This document shows, piece after piece, positions 53,610-63,599 of a stretch of 63,599 nt of DNA. Origin of the DNA: Octopus bimaculoides (lineage: Eukaryota); NCBI RefSeq assembly GCF_001194135.2, contig NC_068985.1:44379664-44443262 (forward strand), written 5' to 3'. Made by a program: the position numbers and the translations under genes. A model generated the notes under the pieces. That model saw only the letters and a list, made by a program, of their open reading frames with translations. It searched no databases and was not told where the DNA came from. Position 1 is the stretch's first letter; every line of letters starts with the position of its first letter.

Positions 53610-54964
53610 TATATATAAATAAATAAATAAATAGAAGTGAAATTCTGTCTCTCTGGGACCCCTGTATCTCAGTCTACATTTGCTCTCAATATATTTGAAA
53701 GTCTATGAGAATTACTTAATACAGTTTTTGAAGAGTAAAGGTGATTTAAAAAAAAAAAAATTTATGAAATCTTTTATAAGGATGTTACTAACCTTTTGGG
53801 AAAAAGTTTTTTTTCTAGAGTGTGAGTGCTTTCATTTAACCTTTTCAAACATGTGCTATATATATATATAATTATATATACAAGCAGATTATCATATAGA
53901 TGTATGTGTGTGTAAGTAGTCCCCACCATTACTTGACAATTGGTGATGGTTTGTTTACATCCACCATGGCTAAGTGGTTCAGTAAAACAGACCAATAAAA
54001 TAAATACTAAACTTAAAAAATAAGTACTGGAGACAATTTGTTTAACTAAACCTTTCAAGGTAGTACCCCAGCATGGCTGCAGTCCAATGATTGAAATCGG
54101 TGAAGTAAGAAGAGAGTGATGGTAGTGGTGATCGTGGGGTGGGGGAAGAGGAGAAAAAAAAGAACGAAGGACGTAATTTGTGAATAAGATCAGTTTAACA
54201 AACATCACTGACATTTCATCTGAGGCATTGTAAAAGGACAAAAACCATTTACGGAAGTTAATAGAATCTTAATGATTCCACAGAGCAAAGTGTGTGTGTG
54301 GGGGAGGGAAAAGAGAGGCAGAGTTTCATTTACCTATATGTGTCTGTACATGTGTGTATGCGCATGTGTATGGATAAATGTGACACACACATACATACAC
54401 GTAGTAAGTACAGTGTGTGTGTGTGTGTGTATGTATGCGTGAGTAAGTGAGTGAGTGTGCATATATATGTGTGCATGTGAGTGAGTGTGTGTGAGTATAT
54501 GCATGTGTGTGTGTATGAGTGTATGTATATGTGTGTGTGTGTGTGTATGCATGCGTGTGTGTGTGTGTGTATGAGTGAGTGTTTGTATATGTGTGTATTT
54601 TCAATGGGTGAGTAACATCATGAGATGGTACTATCAAATAAAAGTTCCCGTGAGCGACTTTGTTCTCTTTTTCTGTCTTAAAGGGGTATTTTGCATCATA
54701 CTATTACCCCGTATTATTTATATAATTTCATTTGCATTTGTGCAACTATGTTAAAAAAAAAAAAGACAAATTTATTTGCCTATTAATATAAACGATCTGC
54801 AGTTTGCAACAAAATAATTTAATATGTATTTTAATAATTCACTTAGGCATAGTGAGACTAATAACCTGATGTAGAACTCAATATATGGATGATCAAGAAC
54901 ACAATGTTATATAAGTATAAAGTGGTAACAGAAAACAAAGAGATGACACTGGAAAAACCAAATG

Positions 54965-55075
54965 TTACCTAATGAACTTCATTAGCTTACAGCTGTTTCT
55001 GCTGTAAGATGTGGTGGACTCTTAGTTGAGTACCAGAATATCATCCTATCGCTCTATCAGAACCTTGAATATGAA
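54965..55075 (-). repeat. Interspersed repeat shared with 17545-17670 (possibly Penelope-like)
   Basis: atgaacttcattagcttacagctgtttct..taagat..gtggactc..gagtacc is near identical at both loci. Confidence 0.6.
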
Positions 55076-56186
55076 GTGTATATGTATTTATAACAGAATT
55101 AGAGAAAAAAAAGCTAGAAACGAGAGCTGGCATGGTAAACTTAGCAAAAATTAAAGTATTAGCAAGTAGGGGAGAAAACAGAACCACAGTACTATGAGAG
55201 AAATGGCTTTGTACAATATACATCACCTTTGTTTAGAATCATTATACCCTCTCTTTTATTCTCCTTTAGTTAAAAGTGGTCACTTTAGGTCCTTAATTTT
55301 GCAACCCCACTAGTGCAGGCGACAAGAGACAAAATACATTCTGTAAAGTGGTTGACATTAAGAAGTGCATCTACCTTTAGAAACCATGCCAAAGTAGACA
55401 TTGAAGTTCAAAGTAGTCCTCCATCTTGTTGGATCCTGTTGAACAGTCCAGCCTTTGACAGCATGGAAGATGGAACTCATGCCAGTTAAACAATGATAAT
55501 GATAATGATGTTAATTTATATGATATATAAAATATATTGTGGTTAGTAAATATTGTTTATTATAGTTTAGCTGTGACATTATATATGAACTTTTACATTC
55601 TGATATCAACTTTGCCCATCATCTTTGTGGGGTCTGAGGTCGAAGGGGTCAATAAAATACAGTACCTGTCAGATACTGGGGTCAATACATTTAGCTGGTA
55701 CAGGTGAATTTCAAGTTTCTTCAACAAGATATTATGGCTAAGAATCTCATACAAATCAGCAAAATGTTGTTTGTACTTTAACCATTAAGCATTTAAACCG
55801 GCCATATCCGGTCCAAATATTTTACTTGATTTATGTTCAAATTCACCAGATCCACCCTATCACACATACCCTAAAATGTCATTGTAAAAATAAATAACCA
55901 CATCATTGAAACCTCCTGACATTTCGTCCATCTGCACGACCTGAATTCAAATTTTGCCAAGGTTGACTTTGCCTTTCATCATTGACTTATCTCCTCCTCC
56001 AAAATTGCTGGCCTTGTGCCAAAATTTGAAAACCATTATTATTATTTCCCTATTTTCACACCATACTATTGATTTTACTTTGAAAATGGATATACAATAT
56101 ACAAAATACAAAAATGAATTTACCATTCATAAGTTTAGAGTTGAGATTCTGAATTTATGAATGGAGAAAATAGTAAAAGAATTTAC

Positions 56187-56279
56187 CTGTTTCTTGCTTC
56201 TTCTCTTCATAATTCTTGAGGAAATCTCGAATAGAACCATTCCTCCAGCAGCCATTAATTGGTAAGTTTTTCGGACCAC
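56187..56279 (-). CDS. Internal coding exon of a selenoprotein J / J1-crystallin-like ADP-ribosylglycohydrolase family gene
   Basis: Acceptor ttgtgtttaatcAG and donor CAG|GTAAAT. 93 nt, phase 1-1, open frame GPKNLPINGCWRNGSIRDFLKNYEEKKQET(G). This resembles the remembered SelJ/J1-crystallin block GGP..LPIxGPWRxxSxKxFLKN....KxETG. Confidence 0.75.
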
Positions 56280-57339
56280 CTGATTAAACACAACAACATT
56301 AATTATTTTGGATCCAGTCTAGTCTAGTGGTGGTCTGCTCTTGGGCAGATCGTTGCATGTAAACCTTTACCAGCACTTTCTGTACAACCAGAGAGGTTCT
56401 GTAACCCTCCCCTGCCACATTAACATTTAAACTAGCCATATCCAGCCCAAATATTCTACCTGTTTTATGTTCAAACCACCCATATCTGGCCTCCCATACC
56501 TACCTAACAATGTCATTCTAAAAATATACAACCACATCATCAAAATTTCAAAGGTATGAGATAAGGTATGATTAATTTCTAAACAATATAAATAAATAAG
56601 CTATACATTTGACAGAAAATACTGGAGTGGTTTCCCATTGCCTTCTCTAGGCAGATTGGATTTGAACTCAGAATGTAAACAGCTAGAAGATATACTGCAA
56701 AGCATTTCTGCCACTCTTACATGCACAGAGCAATGTGAAATGAAGTGTTTTGCTCAAGAACACAACATGCTGTTTGGTCTGGGAATTGAACCTATCATCC
56801 AGTGATTGTCAGTGCAACACCCTAACCACTAGGCCACACTTAGTGGTTAGGGTATTGCACTCACAATCACTTTCAAAAGACCGAATTAACTGGGTGCAGG
56901 AATGGTCGATTGGTAACCACATAGTTCCAGGATTCTGTTCCACAATGTGTCACATTAGGTAAGTACCTACTACTGTAGACACAAACTGACCAAAAGCCTT
57001 GTTGATAGATTTGGTAGTCAGAAACTGAAAGGAGTTTGTCTGTGTGTGTGTGTCACTGCCTTGACATTATGCGATGATTGTTCTAAACAAGTGTCATCAT
57101 CTTCTAAGTGTTGTTCATTTCCAGTCTTCCATGAGAAATATGTCTGGCTATGGGGAAAATATTATCTTCCTTGGAAACAGAAGAGGGCATCCAGCTGAAG
57201 GAAACCTGCCTCAACAAATTCTGTCTAACCCATGCAAGCATAGAAAAGTGGAGGTTTTCATGCAAGGAAACTACAAGTGGCCAGCACCACTGGTTTTACA
57301 TAATCATTGTTTAACATCTCTTGTTAAGATTATCATCAT

Positions 57340-57960
57340 CATCATTGTTTAACGTCCATTTTCCATACTGGTATGGGTTTGACGGTTTGACTGAGGTCTG
57401 GAGAGCCAGCGGCTGCACCAAGCTCCAATCTGATCTGGCAATGTTTCTACAGCTTGATGCCCATCCTAATGTCAACCACTCTGAGAGTGTAGTGGGTGCT
57501 TTTTACGTGCCATTAGCACAGGAGCCAGTCAGATGGACCAGGATCGACCATGTTTGGATGGTGCTTTTTATGTGTCACTGGCACAGGAGCCAGTCAGGTG
57601 GCCCTGACATTGATCACGTTTGCATAGTGTGTTTTATGTGGCACCAGCATGGGAGCCAGTCAGGTGGCCCTGGCATTGATCACATTTGGTTAGTGCTTTT
57701 TATGTGCCACCAGCATGGGAGCCGGTCAGGGGCTACTAGCATCGGCCACACTCGGATGGTTCTTTTTTAGGTGCCACCAGCACAGGAGCCAGTCAGGTGG
57801 CCCTGGTATTGATCACGTTTGTGTACTGGGTGCTTTTAAGTGCTACTGGTATGGGTACTTCTATGTGACACAGGCACAAGTGCATTCCTTTAATGTAACA
57901 CTGACATGAATGCATTATATGTGGCACCAGCATGAGTGCTTTTTACGTGGCACCTGGTAT
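57340..57960 (-). mobile_element. RTE tail element (family E) with internal about 65-bp tandem array
   Basis: Unit starts at about 57496, 57561, 57627, 57693, 57759, 57830. Confidence 0.8.
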
Positions 57961-60479
57961 ATATAAAATATGGCTGTGTGATTAAGAGGTGTACTTTTCA
58001 ACCATATGGTTTCAGGTTCAGTTCCACTAAGCAGTATCTTAGGCACCTGTGCTGACCAATGTCTTGTGAGTAGATTTGGCAGACAAAAACTGAAAGAAGC
58101 TCATTGTGTGAGTGTGCGCACACACACACCCACAAAACAAAAGATGGGATGCCTGGCAATATGAGGTTCTCAGAAAGATATGTCCTCTTCAGTTAAACTG
58201 AATTCTGTAACTACTATGTATATTGTACTTTTCACCCACCCTTGCCACAGCCAAATTACCTCTCACTGTGCACTATACCAACCTCTTCCCAACCTTGGTT
58301 CCTGCAAACGACCCAGCCATGTCCTTTCTCTCTTGTCCTGTTGCTTGTCCCCCACCCCATGCCACCACACTCTCTCCTGCATTTCTCTGTCTTCCCCCAA
58401 CTCTTGGCTCACTGATCATCCACCCTTCAACCCTATCCAATTTTTACAGTTGCAGTCTGCTTCCTCAGCCCTTCATCTCCTGCTCCCTGCACAATCTTGC
58501 AAATCACCCACTTCTACTTACCATGTGCCTTGATGGTTCACTGGATTCATTGTCACTATCTTTTCCTTTTATTTTTTTTTTGGTTTGTACAGATCATTCC
58601 TCTTTTCTCCTTCCACTCTCCTACAAACTGTGAGTGGTCATGCAGATCCTCTACAACTTGCTCTCATCTCCCCTCCTTCTCATACCCTCATCCCCTAGCA
58701 TAAAGCTGACCCCCCCCCACCTTCCCTGGGGTTCATAGTCCTGCAAGCTTCATTGTGACCTCAATAGTGCTTGTTGCATGAAAAAACAAACAAACACCCA
58801 GTACACACTGTAATGTGGTTGGCATTAAAAAGGGCATCCACCCATAGAAACCATGCAAAAGTGGACATTGGAGCATGATGCAAACCTTGGATCCAACAGA
58901 TCCTGTCAAACTGTCCAACTCAGGCCAGCATGGAACATGGATACTAAACGATGGTCATGACGATAATATCTGCCAAGAGAACAGAAACTTTAAACTAAAC
59001 TAATAAAGAATATAATGTACTGTTTGCTGGAGAATTGAATACTCTATCCTCTACTATAAGCCTTACTCCCACAAACAAACCGACAGTATCACACACACGA
59101 TTCTGGAAATTTAAACCAACAGGATCACCCACACACAAACACACATACAATCCTGGAAGTGGAAGGGAACTGTGTATACATCTGTATATATATATATAAA
59201 AGAGAGGATGCATGTGTGTGTGTGTGTGTGTGTGTACGTGAATGTAGTTTATGCACGTCCACAAATTAGCACGCATGTCGCTCCAATTTTAGGAGGAGAT
59301 GTGTCATGACCTTATGTGCATTTTCGCCAAGTTTTTGTCTCAGAGGCACCCGTGTATAGCTGTAAAAATCGATAATCTTTTACCAATTTTGAAGTTTGTT
59401 GACAAACTGAAGAAAGAAATAGTGTGTTTGTGACGGGGGGAGACATACAGTGTTTGCTAGCGTCCNNNNNNNNNNNNNNNNNNNNNNNNNNNNNNNNNNN
59501 NNNNNNNNNNNNNNNNNNNNNNNNNNNNNNNNNNNNNNNNNNNNNNNNNNNNNNNNNNNNNNNNNNNNNNNNNNNNNNNNNNNNNNNNNNNNNNNNNNNN
59601 NNNNNNNNNNNNNNNNNNNNNNNNNNNNNNNNNNNNNNNNNNNNNNNNNNNNNNNNNNNNNNNNNNNNNNNNNNNNNNNNNNNNNNNNNNNNNNNNNNNN
59701 NNNNNNNNNNNNNNNNNNNNNNNNNNNNNNNNNNNNNNNNNNNNNNNNNNNNNNNNNNNNNNNNNNNNNNNNNNNNNNNNNNNNNNNNNNNNNNNNNNNN
59801 NNNNNNNNNNNNNNNNNNNNNNNNNNNNNNNNNNNNNNNNNNNNNNNNNNNNNNNNNNNNNNNNNNNNNNNNNNNNNNNNNNNNNNNNNNNNNNNNNNNN
59901 NNNNNNNNNNNNNNNNNNNNNNNNNNNNNNNNNNNNNNNNNNNNNNNNNNNNNNNNNNNNNNNNNNNNNNNNNNNNNNNNNNNNNNNNNNNNNNNNNNNN
60001 NNNNNNNNNNNNNNNNNNNNNNNNNNNNNNNNNNNNNNNNNNNNNNNNNNNNNNNNNNNNNNNNNNNNNNNNNNNNNNNNNNNNNNNNNNNNNNNNNNNN
60101 NNNNNNNNNNNNNNNNNNNNNNNNNNNNNNNNNNNNNNNNNNNNNNNNNNNNNNNNNNNNNNNNNNNNNNNNNNNNNNNNNNNTCTAACGGTTTTTGTGT
60201 GTTATTTTAAATGGCTTATAAACACCTTCCACGCTACATTAAATAAAGTTTGATACTTTATAAGCATGAAAATAAAATAAAGACAAAATGTGTAAATATT
60301 TTTTTCTGATCTAGGATGTGAGTGTAAAAAGGTTGATAGCAAAATTGAGACTTAGTCTCTCTCTATCACCTTTCAACAAAAATATATATTAGGAAACAGT
60401 AGAACAAAGGCAAGTGTTAACAATTAACAACATAATAAAATAAGTTTTATTTTGGTGATGCTTGGCTTTACAAAACCTG

Positions 60480-60730
60480 TATCATTCAGCCTGGTCGCTG
60501 CTGGTTAAATTGTAATCAGCATCTGGAGTTTAAGAGATTCGTTGAGGCATCCCAGAGGAGCGAGTGTTGTCACATCGAAAGCATCGTGCTGAAGAGGCTC
60601 AGAAAACGCGCGAAGCGCTTTAAGTACGGGTTTACTACGCATGCACACTCGAGGGGCTTCTGGGAAGGCAAGTCTCTTGCGCATGCGTAGATTGAACTTC
60701 CTTAATGGCGGCCATAATTTCGCGCCACTA
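60480..60730. promoter_or_regulatory. CpG-rich promoter-like region
   Basis: High CpG density; TGCGCATGCG (NRF1/Ewg-like) at 60678-60687; AATGGCGGCCAT (YY1-like) at 60704-60715; TTTCGCGCCA (E2F-like) at 60718-60727. Confidence 0.65.
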
Positions 60731-62493
60731 CATGAGCTTATAAAGTATCAAATCTCAATTTAATTTAAAGCAGTAATGGTTGTTTTAAGTTAGGCGGGGA
60801 GAAAGTAGAGATTGAAGGATGTAATAAGATTTGAACAAATGAGCATTTCGTCAGTAATCCAACACCTCATATTCCAACTGGTAAAAATAACAAGAGTAGG
60901 TAGGAGATTAAAATTCCCTAAGCGAAACAAATTTAATAATATAACGTAAATAATTAAGAAATACTAATAATTCTTTTCCTAAATATCGAAGAAATGNNNN
61001 NNNNNNNNNNNNNNNNNNNNNNNNNNNNNNNNNNNNNNNNNNNNNNNNNNNNNNNNNNNNNNNNNNNNNNNNNNNNNNNNNNNNNNNNNNNNNNNNNNNN
61101 NNNNNNNNNNNNNNNNNNNNNNNNNNNNNNNNNNNNNNNNNNNNNNNNNNNNNNNNNNNNNNNNNNNNNNNNNNNNNNNNNNNNNNNNNNNNNNNNNNNN
61201 NNNNNNNNNNNNNNNNNNNNNNNNNNNNNNNNNNNNNNNNNNNNNNNNNNNNNNNNNNNNNNNNNNNNNNNNNNNNNNNNNNNNNNNNNNNNNNNNNNNN
61301 NNNNNNNNNNNNNNNNNNNNNNNNNNNNNNNNNNNNNNNNNNNNNNNNNNNNNNNNNNNNNNNNNNNNNNNNNNNNNNNNNNNNNNNNNNNNNNNNNNNN
61401 NNNNNNNNNNNNNNNNNNNNNNNNNNNNNNNNNNNNNNNNNNNNNNNNNNNNNNNNNNNNNNNNNNNNNNNNNNNNNNNNNNNNNNNNATGGCCAATGCT
61501 GATGACTTGTGAGTTTTCCTATGAATAAAATATTTAAAATTTTATTATAAAATATTATATTTTAAATACATTTAAAAGAAGAAAATGTTCGTTGGGATTC
61601 ATATATGTGTAAGAAATTGCAGTATCACTGAGCAGAAAACATAATTATATGAAGCACCATAGTTCAATACAATTTCATTTAGTGAATTTCCTAAACATTT
61701 AACGTAGATGGCATTAATCTATGCAAATTTAAAAAGAGCCAGATGTTAGCTACATATCTCCTTTATTGCAAGTCACCTATTTCTGTCCCTCTACCCAAAC
61801 ACTAACCTTTCATTTGGCAAATAGTCACCTTCCCCAGTACTACTCTCCACTCAGCTGAGGGAATCTTGTTTTGAAAATTATTTGGTGATCACACTGTTGC
61901 TGGTGCCATGTAAAAAGCACTCAGTACATACTATAAAGTGGTTGGTGTTAGGAGACTGAGCTGTAGAGACCATACTAAGCAGACAATGGTGTTTGGAGCA
62001 GTCTCCTGACTTGTTAGCTCCTGTCAAACCATCCAACCCAGGCCAGTATGGAAAATGGACGTTAATTGATGAATGAAAATGAAATGGATGATGTTGGAAG
62101 GGATAGTGTTAGAAGACATGGATAATAAAAACCAAACCATTGCATAAAAATTAGCTTCTCTTTCATTAAAATAATTGGCTGTTTTTAATTAAATAATTTT
62201 CCTGGATAAAAAATGGGTAGGGGTGTTTGTGAAACGCCATTTGGAGTGTGGAGGTGTTGAGCTACAAAGTGCTGAAAACCCCTCCTTAACATAACAAATG
62301 AGACTTGAGTATACTATGAAAAATTATACACGCATATATTATCTTCCATTCTCTCAGCTTTTCCCTGTCTATTGTATTATTATTATTCTATTGTTCTTCA
62401 CCCCTTCTATAGTGTCAGTCAGCACAAACTCTTCTGAATTTCCCATCCAACACATCTGTAGCACTGATCATCCTCCATCATTTACTATATTCA

Positions 62494-62659
62494 CAGAGCA
62501 GGCTCAAGGCACCAGCAACTTGGGCAGTGACCTGGAGCCCCATGTGCTAGGGGACGCCAAGGAGGGCATGACAAAGATAAGGAAATTTCCATGACTGTCA
62601 GCTTGTACATACCAAAGTTCAGCTTGCCCGGGGAAGCAGCAACCCTAGGGCCAGCCCTG
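62494..62659. mobile_element. hAT-type MITE
   Basis: 8-bp TSD tatattca (62486-62493, 62660-62667); imperfect TIRs cagagcaggc / gccagccctg. Confidence 0.8.
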
Positions 62660-63454
62660 TATATTCACCCCTTAACCTTACTCAAACTCTATTCATCATC
62701 TACTCTCCCCTACATTCCATTTAACTCTTATTTATCATCAAGCCCCATTCAACCCTTGTTTAGCATTTGGTATATTCATCCCATCCTACCCTATATCTAA
62801 ACCATCCCTCACATAGTCTTGCAACTTCTTGTTCATCAATTCCCAGATACCTTGTCACTAATTTTTATTGTTCTTTCCAGCTTCATCCATATAGCAAGAT
62901 ACTTGTTCTGGACTCTTCCTCCATACATCTTTTTATCACCAATCACAAAGCAGTCTAGTGCCATGGAAAACTATGCAGTACCCTCTGTAAAGTGGAAAGG
63001 GTATCAAAACAAACTCCCTTATAGACATCATGTTACATAAGCTCTTACTAGAAAAATATATAAATTTATTTTAAAATAACACCTACCAAGAAGGACAAAT
63101 GAATAAACAGGACAAGAGGAGGCATGGGACAGAGAATCACTGCTGAGGTCACAGAATGTGTGACAAAAGAACATTGACAGTCATATAAATTAAAAGTAAA
63201 ACAAATAAAAACTAAAGTGAATATCAAATAAATAGTGTGCTTAATTAGCAAGAAAAAAGATCATTCACAAGTATAATAATAGCCACAGTTGCTACAAGAA
63301 TATAATCTGTAAACAATGCAGCACATTGGATGATAAACGAAAAGATATGTAGTGAAACTACCTATCGTCACTAGATACAAAACTACTATCGCCATTACAT
63401 ACTATCTTCTCATTTAAATATAAATAAATGTGAGCGTAGTAGAGAACCCATTCC

Positions 63455-63599
63455 TTGTCATCACGTGACTGATTATTATTCGAATCAGCAACTTCTTCGA
63501 ACCGTTCCCGCCAGAACGCAAACTGACCAATCACGGCCCCTAATAAGGTCACGTGATAGAGTAAAATTCTGAAGGCATTTGGAGCCCTCTTAACGCTAT
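63455..63599. promoter_or_regulatory. CpG-rich promoter-like region at the window end
   Basis: TCACGTGA E-boxes at 63461 and 63549; TTCCCGCCA at 63505; CCAATCA at 63527. Confidence 0.6.

Noticed and set aside
57490-57900. CRISPR-like periodicity
   Set aside because: Whole units are degenerate copies with no unique spacers; eukaryotic context.
60580-60690. Resemblance to RNase MRP/P (tcgtgctgaag, gggaagg)
   Set aside because: Conserved P4/CR-V motifs are absent; promoter motifs explain the region better.
63358-63552. Minus ORF starting MTLLGAVIG, superficially like an ARH N-terminus
   Set aside because: GTG start, no DAxxxPxHW motif, and it overlaps promoter elements.

Overview
AT-rich, repeat-dominated eukaryotic genomic DNA with eight N gaps. 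The tRNA-derived SINE families, RTE-type LINE tails ending in (GAT)n and dense microsatellites suggest a coleoid cephalopod, probably Octopus (inference). Almost every ORF in the supplied track is an artefact of microsatellites or gaps. Recognisable coding remnants are a Gypsy (K02A2.6-like) integrase with a 3' LTR, several RTE LINE fragments, a mariner derivative and a young LINE inside a (GATA)n tract. One credible host exon was found, which the ORF track missed: a 93-nt minus-strand exon (56187-56279) encoding a SelJ/J1-crystallin-like (ADP-ribosylhydrolase family) peptide. No other exon of that gene could be located. Two CpG-rich promoter-like regions lie at about 60.5-60.75 kb and 63.45-63.6 kb. 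Family labels A-H are my own working names. All identifications are by eye, without database searches.
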